From Bdellovibrionota bacterium (lineage in GTDB: Bacteria; Bdellovibrionota_C; UBA2361; JBGSMV01): a stretch of 39,028 bases of DNA. Below the pieces are notes generated by a model. That model saw only the letters and a program-made list of their open reading frames with translations. It was not told the DNA's origin and made no database searches. Positions 28,258 to 39,028 of this stretch are shown in pieces. The stretch spans positions 1 to 39,028 of the forward strand of contig JBGSMV010000056.1 of the NCBI GenBank assembly GCA_041739995.1, in the 5' to 3' direction. Each line of letters opens with the position of its first letter. Position 1 is the stretch's first letter. The position numbers and the translations under genes are program-made.

Positions 28258-30042
28258 TTATTGCATCCGAGTAGCTGACATCATCCCCTGCCCTGTATAG
28301 ATCTCTACCGCCTGATTGCCCTGTGCATCGGTAGTAAAGTGCAGGCGAATCGAAGGAGCATACGTGCTCTGGTCAAAGTAATAGGCATCACCGCTCTCGC
28401 TCGGATAGCACGGAAGCGACGCAATGGACATTTGCCGCAGCGGATCTTTCTTATAAATTGAACTTGCCAAGCCGGCTGCTTGAATCTGATAGGTTGACGT
28501 TCGTGAATTAACCGCCCACAGAAGCACGTAGTCCAAGGGCGCGGCGCCTTCATCCTGGGAGGGGATCTCGATTCTTGTTTCGTATGCAAATCCGTCGGTG
28601 GTTATGTTCGTACCAACTATGTGGATACTGCCATGGGGGCTTGCGCGACCCTTCTCGAGAAAAGTTCGAAACTCCTCTTTATGATGAGCGAATAGAAAAG
28701 GATCGTCAGAAGAAAGATCCTGTGCGAGGGCCTTCGTCTGCTCAGTGAGGGAATTGCAGACGCGAGCGCTTATTTCACCGGCTTGAACGGTAACAAGACT
28801 TAGCAGCGCCCCAGTCGGTTTGGTGATCAGGTAAAGCCCCTGATTATAGGGATCGTGCATAGTCGATATCTCGAGCTGGTCTCCATCTATAGTCTTGTAG
28901 GTACCGCAGTGACTCTGGAGTTCAGTGAGAGGGGCCGTGGTCCAAGGCACCTCTCCTATCAGTCCGAGCGTTGCGGCGCGTCTGAGCTCGTCAGGAATAG
29001 ATCCCTCTGCAGAATAAAGGATGACTGTGCCGGGAGCGTCCAGCGTTGCAGCGAAGAAGGATTTGTTGCCCCAGCGATCAAGACCGTCGTGTCCCACCAC
29101 GGGCCTGCCATTGGGGAGAAGGCTAAAGAAAAGCCCCCCCGCTGTGTAACCGTGCATGGCAGGAGTACGCAGCTCGCGGCAATAATCGAAAGCTTCGAGC
29201 GGCATGGCGCGAAGCGCTTCGTGCCAGCGACAGAGATCTTGAGGTGAGCTTACCATTCCACCCGCCCCCATCATGCCCCAGCCGAGAGTGCGGTTAAGAT
29301 AGCCGGAAGAGGCGGAAGGTTTCGTTGTAGCATGAAGCAAAAGTTCTCGCTGGTTTTCAGCTAACTCAGCAATGCGTGGGTCTCCATAGAAAAACGTTGA
29401 GTTCATGCCAAGCGGGCGCAGCACCTCACGATCAACGAAAGACACGAAAGGTTCCCCGCTTACTCGTTCTACAATTCCGGCAAGCAGCACGTATCCAGAG
29501 TTTGCGTAGTTCCAGCGGCTTCCCGGGGCACCTGTAACGGGATTTTTTAGGATTCCCGCAATCATGGCGTCTCGGTTGCTCGGGTCGATTCCCAAGGGAA
29601 TTTCGGGGTTAAGCCCGGACGTATGAGTAAGAAGCTGTCGGATGGTAATGCCGCGCTTGTCTTGAGGCGCTTCTGGAAAAATATCTCCGAGCGCCTGTTC
29701 AAGCGAGAGCTTCCCTTTGTTGGCGAGAGTGAGCACTGCAGCTGCGGTGAATTGTTTGGAAAGCGAGGCAAGCGGGAAAAGGCAGCTACCCTGTGTCTGG
29801 TGCGCTTCCTCGAAGGGGACCCCGCTAAGAAACAAAAGACCGTTAAAGCGGTGTTTTTCGATTCGCGCATTCCAGGAATCAAAGTCGCCCTCTCGACCTT
29901 GCAGGACAACCTCTGAGCCAATTGCGGAGCGAGTAGGACTTAAAGATTTGTTCTCTGGCGCAGGAGGAGATGGGGAGAGCGCCAAGCCAGCGGCGGCGGT
30001 CAGAGCTTTTATCGTATGCGAGGAATGTAACCCGCTAAACAT
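28258..30042 (-). CDS. Serine hydrolase, beta-lactamase/AmpC-like (SxxK) family, with a C-terminal extension
   Basis: FPLASLSKQF (SxxK), LLTHTSG, YANSGY (YxN), RPLGM, GAGGMVSS, GHDG. Confidence 0.92.
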   Translation of the reverse strand: MFSGLHSSHTIKALTAAAGLALSPSPPAPENKSLSPTRSAIGSEVVLQGREGDFDSWNARIEKHRFNGLLFLSGVPFEEAHQTQGSCLFPLASLSKQFTAAAVLTLANKGKLSLEQALGDIFPEAPQDKRGITIRQLLTHTSGLNPEIPLGIDPSNRDAMIAGILKNPVTGAPGSRWNYANSGYVLLAGIVERVSGEPFVSFVDREVLRPLGMNSTFFYGDPRIAELAENQRELLLHATTKPSASSGYLNRTLGWGMMGAGGMVSSPQDLCRWHEALRAMPLEAFDYCRELRTPAMHGYTAGGLFFSLLPNGRPVVGHDGLDRWGNKSFFAATLDAPGTVILYSAEGSIPDELRRAATLGLIGEVPWTTAPLTELQSHCGTYKTIDGDQLEISTMHDPYNQGLYLITKPTGALLSLVTVQAGEISARVCNSLTEQTKALAQDLSSDDPFLFAHHKEEFRTFLEKGRASPHGSIHIVGTNITTDGFAYETRIEIPSQDEGAAPLDYVLLWAVNSRTSTYQIQAAGLASSIYKKDPLRQMSIASLPCYPSESGDAYYFDQSTYAPSIRLHFTTDAQGNQAVEIYTGQGMMSATRMQ

Positions 30043-30269
30043 AGATGCTCTCCGCGCCCGCGCGTCTTGCCGCTATTAGTTGAGAGAATACAACTTCGTC
30101 GCTCGATGCCCAGCGATAGCTACATGTACCGCCGCTAGGCAGGTAACCATCTCGAAGAAGCCACTATCACAAAAGCTGCCCCGCGGTCCGCACGGCAGAA
30201 TTGGCCGTGCGAACCGCGAAATTCCAAGAGAAACAGCAGATTCTTAGGAAATGCTTAATTTTATCAGAA

Positions 30270-30854
30270 CTATTCCGCGCCGGAAAACGCTTGATATTCG
30301 TACCAAGAGCCCGCACCAGCGAGGCCAGAGGGTCTATGGCCGGTATTGCTTCGGGTGAGCGCGTATGGGTGATCTATCCCTTCCCAGTTTTGGGAAACGT
30401 TGGTGCTGTGACCGTCACGAGTCCACTGGTATTGATGTCCGTCTTGAGTCCATGAACCGCTCACACTCGTTGTGTGACCATCGGTAGTCCATCCGTATTG
30501 ATGCCCGGTATTATTCCAGTTGCGACTCACGCTTCTGGCATGTCCATCTCTCGACCACTGACGGACGTGTCCGATGCAGCCCCAGTACAGGGATTGAAAA
30601 AAGCCGTGCCCCTCTGCGGCCCAAACCTCAGCCTGTTGCCGAGTTTCTTCTCCGTATGCTTGTTCGATGAGCTCGAGTGAGACGAGTCCGGAAGAAGGAG
30701 ATTGACCATTTGAGGGTCCTGATTGCTGGACAATGACATCGATGGGCGACATGCAGTTCTCATCGATGCTATCCAAGGCGGACGCGGTATTCACGACGAA
30801 AGTCGTAGCAACGACTATTCCGACAAGCGACCTGATAATCGGCGTATGTAACAT
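30270..30854 (-). CDS. Secreted His/Trp repeat protein (H-x4-S/T repeats)
   Basis: Signal peptide ending ASA-L; AAGGAG RBS; His at residues 83, 96, 105, 118, 127, 140, 149, 162 and 173. Confidence 0.85.
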   Translation of the reverse strand: MLHTPIIRSLVGIVVATTFVVNTASALDSIDENCMSPIDVIVQQSGPSNGQSPSSGLVSLELIEQAYGEETRQQAEVWAAEGHGFFQSLYWGCIGHVRQWSRDGHARSVSRNWNNTGHQYGWTTDGHTTSVSGSWTQDGHQYQWTRDGHSTNVSQNWEGIDHPYALTRSNTGHRPSGLAGAGSWYEYQAFSGAE

Positions 30855-31242
30855 TACTGTTTCTCCTTAACGATTGAATAAGCTTTAAGACCGAGTTCTC
30901 CCGCGGCGCGGGCATTACCTAGATCAACAATACGGAATTGGGGGGAGCTACTCAAATCGATCGTCCAAAAATGCCGAAATTCGCCACAAGATCCCCATCG
31001 GATAAGTTATCTAATCTTGAATGTTTTTAAATGGTTGAACTTGAATGTGGAGCACTGATGCTGAGATAGAGATGATCCGAGAGGTGAATGGGTGGTTGGG
31101 CGACTCTGCAGAGGTGGCGATCTCGGTGCTTCAGGCAGGGGCTCTGAAAGTGCCGGTTCCTTGAATATGTCGCACTTGAGTTATGGCGATCGGTATAAGA
31201 GGGGCCTGGAAGTGGCGGTCCCAGGGTTTACAAAACAGATCG

Positions 31243-32139
31243 TCAAATAATGGGCAGCCTCTCCTTTTGCGCCGCGGATTTTATAATCTCGGCAAGCACT
31301 TTCACAAAGCTCGTTTCGCTGTATGAGGACCTGTAAACAAGGCCAATCGTTCGGTTGGTGGAACTTTCAGAGAAGGGAATATAGGAGACATTCTCTCCTT
31401 GTCGAATAGCAAGTTTTGGAATGAGTGTTATCCCCGCCCCCATAGCGACCATGCTCCTGAGGGTCTCTATGCTTGTCGCCGATAGATCAGTGTTATCTCC
31501 AGCCTGAGAAAGTTTGCACAACGACAATGCCTGATTCCGTAGGCAGTGCCCTTCTCCTAGAAGTAAGAGCTTTTCATTACTCAAATCTCCCAGGTTTACC
31601 TTCTTCCGTTTCGCCAACGGATGGGAGCTGCTTACGGCCATAAAGAAGGGTTCTGAATAGATGTCGAGCTCCTCGATTCCCCTTTCCTTCAGCGGAGTGC
31701 TGAGAATCGCGATATCAATCGAGCCGTCCTTAACCAGACGAATCAGATCCTCCGTCTGGGCTTCCGTGAATGAAATTCTTCTCCCTTGAGTGCTCCTACT
31801 CAAGGCGCGGTTAATCTTCGGCAATAAATAGGGAGAGACGGTTGGAATCACGCCAAGGCGAACGCGGCCGCGCTGTTCTTTGGCGCTGCAGCGAGTTTCA
31901 ATCTCTGATGCCAGACGCAAAAGTTCTCTTGCAATCGGGAGCACTTCCGCTCCAAGAGCGGTCAAGATTGCCTCGCGCGGCAATCGCTCGATGAGTTTTC
32001 CGCCGAGACTCTGCTCCAACTTCTTTAATTGCATGCTTAGAGTTGGCTGCGAGACTTTCACAAGTCGAGACGCCTTGCCAAAGTGCCTCTGCTCGGAGAC
32101 TGCGACAAAGTACTCAAGCTCTCTTAGATTGAAACTCAT
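31243..32139 (-). CDS. oxyR: Hydrogen peroxide-inducible LysR regulator OxyR
   Basis: LysR HTH (HFGKAS...VSQPTLSMQLKKLE), GVIPTVSPYLLP, EGHCLRNQALSLC redox cysteines, ATSIETLRSMV; divergent from katG. Confidence 0.93.
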   Translation of the reverse strand: MSFNLRELEYFVAVSEQRHFGKASRLVKVSQPTLSMQLKKLEQSLGGKLIERLPREAILTALGAEVLPIARELLRLASEIETRCSAKEQRGRVRLGVIPTVSPYLLPKINRALSRSTQGRRISFTEAQTEDLIRLVKDGSIDIAILSTPLKERGIEELDIYSEPFFMAVSSSHPLAKRKKVNLGDLSNEKLLLLGEGHCLRNQALSLCKLSQAGDNTDLSATSIETLRSMVAMGAGITLIPKLAIRQGENVSYIPFSESSTNRTIGLVYRSSYSETSFVKVLAEIIKSAAQKERLPII

Positions 32140-32191
32140 TTTAACGAACTCTCAAAAAGAACTAGCTACTACAGCTGCTCCGGAGGAACCG

Positions 32192-32228
32192 ATAGATAGT
32201 ATCTATCGTAAGTATTGATTTAATCAAT
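32192..32228. promoter_or_regulatory. OxyR binding site
   Basis: ATAG-N7-CTAT-N7-ATTG-N7-CAAT, matching the OxyR four-tetramer consensus, between oxyR and katG. Confidence 0.85.
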
Positions 32229-32270
32229 TTTACTTATGCCCGTTATCTGCCTATTGTCCTCGAAAGATAG

Positions 32271-34580
<2,310 letters not shown>

Positions 34581-34728
34581 GCGAATTCGTTACGGATCTA
34601 TCCTATTTCCACTGTGACCTTGATAACGCGTGTCCGTTGACTCGGAGGCGGTGGGCGTTCGGCCGAGGTCGGTGTTGCTGGAGGAAAGTACTTCTGCAGC
34701 GCTTCACGCGGGGCTCGTCCACCGCGCG

Positions 34729-35442
34729 CTATCCCCTACCCGCTAAGAAATTTTGGCGCATCATTGGCACAAACGCCAAGCGGATGAGTGAATTCGGTGG
34801 CACAAGTTTGTGGTGGGGGTCGTAGCTTAGGGGAAGTGGGTAAAGGAGTAAGTCTTTCAAAAAGACATTTTCAATAAACTCCTCATTCCTGAATAGTCCG
34901 TTGATGCTCGACTCGAGATCGGTAGTTAGTAGCTCAAGGCCTGTCGGGGTGCTCAGTGTCTTTAAGGTGTGGTAGCCCAGTTGATTGACCACTATCCCTT
35001 GCATGTGCTGTTGGTGTTTCGACATAAAGTTGTTTTGCAATCTGGTGTCAGTCGCTTCCTGACCAGAAATCTCCCAAAGTGCATACCGATGGTATCGCAG
35101 TGTTACCTGTAGAATGATGTGACCCGATCCGTCGCCTAGGGATGCTTTAGTGCGAGGTAGGGTAAATATGCCAAAGGAGCTCTTGAGGTGTGACATCAGT
35201 GAGTACGGGCCCGCCCCCGCGTCGCCGTTCTGCATATCAGCGTCATCGAAGACCAGGCGGGATACTGGGGTAAGAAACAGAGCCGCACATAGAGCAACGA
35301 ACCCAAGGAGAAAGTAGAGAGATAGCGCAAGTTCTCCGCGTAAAGCGTTTTTATGCTTCCTGTTTCCTGGTTTAGAGCCAGACGCAGGAGGACGAGTTGG
35401 AAGCACGGGGGGTGCGGGCATAGGCCAGAAAATTCGGGTCAT
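34729..35442 (-). CDS. FliL-like single-pass membrane protein
   Basis: N-terminal TM followed by a FliL-like pattern (...LSTPTGLELL..DL...IN...IENVFLKDLLL). Confidence 0.6.
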   Translation of the reverse strand: MTRIFWPMPAPPVLPTRPPASGSKPGNRKHKNALRGELALSLYFLLGFVALCAALFLTPVSRLVFDDADMQNGDAGAGPYSLMSHLKSSFGIFTLPRTKASLGDGSGHIILQVTLRYHRYALWEISGQEATDTRLQNNFMSKHQQHMQGIVVNQLGYHTLKTLSTPTGLELLTTDLESSINGLFRNEEFIENVFLKDLLLYPLPLSYDPHHKLVPPNSLIRLAFVPMMRQNFLAGRG

Positions 35443-35816
35443 CCGGGGAATGGCTAAAGACTATCGCGCGATCAAAAAACGAACCAAGACCGATTTTTAA
35501 GCGCCGCCAAGTCCCCATCTAACTATCTGTGCGAAATGGTATGAAACAGTCCGCCACATATGCAAAATTTAGCTTAAGATCGGCAGACCTCAGTAGCGGG
35601 TGACGGGCAGTAGTATTCCCCCGTCCTCCGCAACTCATGACCGCAAGTTTTGGAGCTCTAACTTCGCATTGAGAAGAGGCTGTTAATCTGGAGATTCTCA
35701 GACCGTCTTGAATGTCGATGAATTCTACCCCTGGCTCGGAATCCTCTCGATAGCCCCCGCCCTGCGTGATCTCGTAGAGACCCCAAGGCGAGGTCAGCGG
35801 CATCAATCGGACTACT

Positions 35817-35975
35817 TTAAATTCGGCCCGTAAGCAGGAGAACTACCAGGATAAGCAGCACTAACCCCAGACCCCCGCTTGGTCCGTACCCCCAATTCTG
35901 GCTGTGTGGCCAGCGCGGCAGCACGCCAAGTAGTAGAAGTAGGATCACGATCAATAGAACAGTTCCGATAGACAT
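35817..35975 (-). CDS. DUF3309-family small membrane protein (52 aa, not in the ORF track)
   Basis: MSIGTVLLIVILLLLLGVLPRWPHSQNWGYGPSGGLGLVLLILVVLLLTGRI; GAGGA RBS. Confidence 0.9.
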   Translation of the reverse strand: MSIGTVLLIVILLLLLGVLPRWPHSQNWGYGPSGGLGLVLLILVVLLLTGRI

Positions 35976-36081
35976 ATTATTCCTCTCAATTTATTTAGGG
36001 TCTTCAACCCAGGTCGTTTGCCCAAGGGGACACATTCTTCCGAGTTGCTTGTCACTGGCGACGTTCTCTCCCTAAGGCGCG

Positions 36082-36429
36082 TCAGTCCTGTTGAAACGTT
36101 CCGGAAGTTTGTCCAGCCTCACGAGTTGCTTCAGCGATATCTTCAGTGGCGGCAACTTTGTTGTCGTCGACTTCGCTCTCAGCGCTCGCTAATTTCTCAG
36201 TAGCTTTTACTTTTGTCTCCTCTACCTCCTGCAACTTTCCGCTTGCGCGAGCGCGTTCGAGGTCGACCGCCGACTGAGCTTCAATCTTTCTGATGCTCTT
36301 TTGAGCATCCTGAATCTCCTTTCTGGCCTTTGCGTTGTCCTTTGCGACGTCTTGGTTATCTTGCTGACAGCCACACACAAATAGTCCGGAGAGTAGAAGA
36401 AGAGAGACTCGAGTTATTAGCTTTTTCAT
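36082..36429 (-). CDS. Helical lipoprotein, hypothetical
   Basis: MKKLITR...VCGC lipobox; GGAGG RBS; Ala/Glu/Lys-rich. Confidence 0.8.
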   Translation of the reverse strand: MKKLITRVSLLLLSGLFVCGCQQDNQDVAKDNAKARKEIQDAQKSIRKIEAQSAVDLERARASGKLQEVEETKVKATEKLASAESEVDDNKVAATEDIAEATREAGQTSGTFQQD

Positions 36430-36879
36430 AACGCGTTTACCTCCTACTATGCGGTCCAGAGTAACAGCGGAGCAGTAGGCAACGGTATGAGAGCGGTCAT
36501 ATGCCAAGGGAGCGAGGCAGCGGGGAAGCTGGAGCAACCAGGAAACGGCGAAAGGCTTGTGTTCCGATTCATAAATACCTAGACAGTGATGAGCACCAAG
36601 CTCAAGGTCGAGCCCTTTAACCCCACGCTTCGCGTTGCTCCAGCTGCTACGCAGCCGTCCGCCCATTCATGGGCGGCTAGTGCAATGATGCCATCACACT
36701 GTAAGGAAGCGTTAGATTCACTACACTAGCCAACGGCGCCAAGCGCGGCGTGGCCTGAACTTGGAGTTTTATCCTGGAAGTGTGCACGAACACATAATCT
36801 AGCTTTTTTTTGAAGAATGCAGACGAAGCATGATGGTCCTCATGCTGCTAACGAGGGCGGCTCGCTAGTATCCGCCGAT

Positions 36880-37227
36880 ATGAAAACATCACTATCGATT
36901 GTCCTCGCTGCGCTCCTCCTTCTCGCAAGTGGCTGCTCAGGTAGTCGGTCCCCGAAGCCCTCCCTCGAAGTCGCGCGCCTTGCGATTCAAGAAGCTGCTC
37001 GCTACGAGGCTGGTCAGTATGCGGCGTCCGAGCTCAGCGTTGCCGAAGAGAAGCTAAGGTTGGCTGAGACGGCTGCGGCTGAGGATAACTACGAACATGC
37101 ACGACGCTTAGCTGAGCAAGCCACGGTAGATGCCCAGTTCGCTCAAACGCGAGCGCTTGCACAGCGCGCGCAGATCGCGGCTGTCGAAACAAGGGATACT
37201 GTTCAAACTCTAAGAGAGGTTAGATAA
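36880..37227 (+). CDS. DUF4398-like lipoprotein
   Basis: Lipobox ASGC; A.QYAASEL..AEEKL..AE.A....NYEHARRLAEQATVDAQFA. Confidence 0.85.
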   Translation: MKTSLSIVLAALLLLASGCSGSRSPKPSLEVARLAIQEAARYEAGQYAASELSVAEEKLRLAETAAAEDNYEHARRLAEQATVDAQFAQTRALAQRAQIAAVETRDTVQTLREVR

Positions 37228-37231
37228 CTAC

Positions 37232-38104
37232 ATGAAAACATCATCGTTCACGATTTTCCCCCAAAGTGTGCTGCGCATGACAATCATGTTGGGCCTTCTT
37301 TCTTTGTTTGCCGCATGTGCGCCGCAGACGAACGTGGCCCTGGAGAGCGCAAAAATGGATTTACAAGCCGCCAAGGCTAACCGCGACATCATGGCGAATT
37401 CGCCAAGCTTAGTGATTGAGGCTGAAGATCTTTACGCCCAAGCTGAACGGCGATGGCGGAGAGGCAGCGACTTGGATGAAGTTAACCACCTTGTCTATAT
37501 GACTGAGCGTAAGCTCGACATCGCACGCGAGGACACGCGTCGCAAAGTGGCGCTGGACTCCGCTTCTGTGCAGCGGCTCGAGGTGCGGGAGGCCGCAGGC
37601 GACTTAAGCGCTGATGCGCGCGCGGCTCAGGTACGCGCAGACTCCAGTGCCATGGCGGCCGAGGTATACAGGAATCTAGCCAGAGATAATCGCCAACTGG
37701 TCGATGACCTACGTCGAGATGTCGTAGCTCTGCAGGCGCAGGAGACCGATCGAGGTCTAGAACTGACCCTCTCAGAGGATGTGCTCTTTGATTCCGGTGC
37801 TTCTGTTCTCAAACCGGGATCTTTGCTCAGACTTCGCCCGGTAATCGCCTTTCTCAAAGCGCACCCTGAGCGCACCGTAGTGATTGAGGGTCATACTGAT
37901 AACGTGGGCGGGAACGCCTATAACCAATCGCTCTCTCAGCGCCGAGCGGACGCGGTGCGTGCGCTATTCCTGACCCAGGGAATATCTAGTGAGCAAGTGG
38001 CGAGCCGGGGTTTGGGCGAAGGCTTTCCGGTCACTTCAAATAATACTGACGCCGGGAGACAGCAGAATCGTAGGGTGCAGATTATAATATCCGAGCGCGT
38101 GTAG
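37232..38104 (+). CDS. OmpA-family lipoprotein with a DUF4398-like N-terminus
   Basis: Lipobox FAAC; ETDRGL.LTL..DVLFDSG...IEGHTDNVG...NQSLSQRRADAV...GRQQNRRV. Confidence 0.93.
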   Translation: MKTSSFTIFPQSVLRMTIMLGLLSLFAACAPQTNVALESAKMDLQAAKANRDIMANSPSLVIEAEDLYAQAERRWRRGSDLDEVNHLVYMTERKLDIAREDTRRKVALDSASVQRLEVREAAGDLSADARAAQVRADSSAMAAEVYRNLARDNRQLVDDLRRDVVALQAQETDRGLELTLSEDVLFDSGASVLKPGSLLRLRPVIAFLKAHPERTVVIEGHTDNVGGNAYNQSLSQRRADAVRALFLTQGISSEQVASRGLGEGFPVTSNNTDAGRQQNRRVQIIISERV

Positions 38105-38335
38105 TCCCCGTTTCATAGGGGGCTCCCTACATTCTGTGGGATTCCTTGTGGACGGGCGGGCACCAACACCGCATTGCGATTAGCTGCTTGGCATTCTCCG
38201 TGAGAGGTCCACCCATAAACTTTTTGGCGCGTTCTCTTTCGGTCGAGTCCCGAATATCATAGAGCTTGTAGGCGGGAATCCTCTCCGCTCTCGCCAGAGT
38301 ATGACTAAGGGTGAGGAACATGCTATCCGGCCTGC

Positions 38336-38917
38336 ATGACATCCGCAGCGATTTTTGACCATGACCGGGCCCGAGCGGCGATTGATGAGCTTTTGACGCG
38401 TCACCCACCGTTTGAAGAGGTTGCGATACTCCTCACTGCTCCGAGGGTTTCACTGCTTCGCACCGATAAGGGAGCTCCTGTACGCGACCTCGGTACTATG
38501 AGATTAACCGATCACGCTGAAGCGCACTTTTCAGACGCAACCTTTGGAGCTGAACTAGGGGTGTTTCGCATGGCGCGCTTTGCTGGCCGCGAACGATCGG
38601 AACCAATGGAGTACGAGCGAGAGCGCGCGGCACTTAAATGTCGGGCGGCACTAAAATGCGTGTCTTCGATGGTTGATGATCTTGAGACTCCCCGCGCCGA
38701 GGTCTGTCAGGCAGTGGGGATGATACTTATTACAGGCGAACGCTCTAGGGCACTACGCCTTCATCTTGAGAATCGCGTCGCATCAGAGATTGGGCTTCCT
38801 AATAAGACTTTGCCTTCCGGCTTTTCTCGTCTCAGTCAGCACGGGCACGTATTCGGCCGTGTGGCGTATGCGGTGGCTTCGTGGCTTCGATACCCGGTAG
38901 AGGATTCGGTAGAGTAA
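38336..38917 (+). CDS. Hypothetical protein
   Basis: 193-aa ORF filling the gap; no recognised motif. Confidence 0.55.
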   Translation: MTSAAIFDHDRARAAIDELLTRHPPFEEVAILLTAPRVSLLRTDKGAPVRDLGTMRLTDHAEAHFSDATFGAELGVFRMARFAGRERSEPMEYERERAALKCRAALKCVSSMVDDLETPRAEVCQAVGMILITGERSRALRLHLENRVASEIGLPNKTLPSGFSRLSQHGHVFGRVAYAVASWLRYPVEDSVE

Positions 38918-38936
38918 GGCGGATCAACGGGGGAGC

Positions 38937-39028
38937 TTAGTCTCTCGACTTCAGTCGACTATCGTTCTCTACCATGAAGGCTTTGATTTCATCGGCCATG
39001 GCAAGCAGTCGAGACCACTGTTCCTTAT
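38937..39028 (-). CDS. 3' end of a small hypothetical protein, truncated at the window end
   Basis: ...KEQWSRLLAMADEIKAFMVENDSRLKSRD*; resembles a widespread small-protein tail (from recall, unverified). Confidence 0.6.
   Translation of the reverse strand, partial: KEQWSRLLAMADEIKAFMVENDSRLKSRD

Noticed and set aside
28258..30042. Antibiotic-resistance beta-lactamase
   Set aside because: SxxK/YxN motifs are shared by many esterases and peptidases; the long extension and operon context do not point to a class C beta-lactamase.

Overview
Bacterial chromosomal window. The secreted lipoprotein proteases and large exported proteins suggest a Bdellovibrionota/deltaproteobacteria-like lineage, but this is inference only. 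1-8674: a complete type I-C CRISPR-Cas locus on the minus strand (cas3-cas5-cas8c with an internal cas11 start-cas7-cas4-cas1-cas2, a leader, and an array that runs off the left edge). 9-13.4 kb, same strand and upstream: a secreted protein, a WYL regulator coupled to a frameshifted DUF2779-like gene (Cas4-like nuclease fused to a DEDDy-like exonuclease), and a secreted S1 protease. 13.7-23.8 kb: a variable region with four type II toxin-antitoxin modules (one toxin frameshifted), a DMT transporter, secreted proteins, radC, duplicated gene-end remnants and a recurring ~33-bp motif at module junctions. Two otherwise unrelated secreted proteins share a basic C-terminal domain. 27-31 kb: a three-gene cluster encoding a secreted protein with eight regular H-x4-[S/T] repeats, an SxxK serine hydrolase and an unknown membrane-anchored protein; this is the best candidate for an undescribed system. 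The rest is ordinary: oxyR-katG with a clear OxyR box, fliL-like, DUF3309, and DUF4398/OmpA lipoproteins. All family calls come from motifs read by eye; no searches were run.
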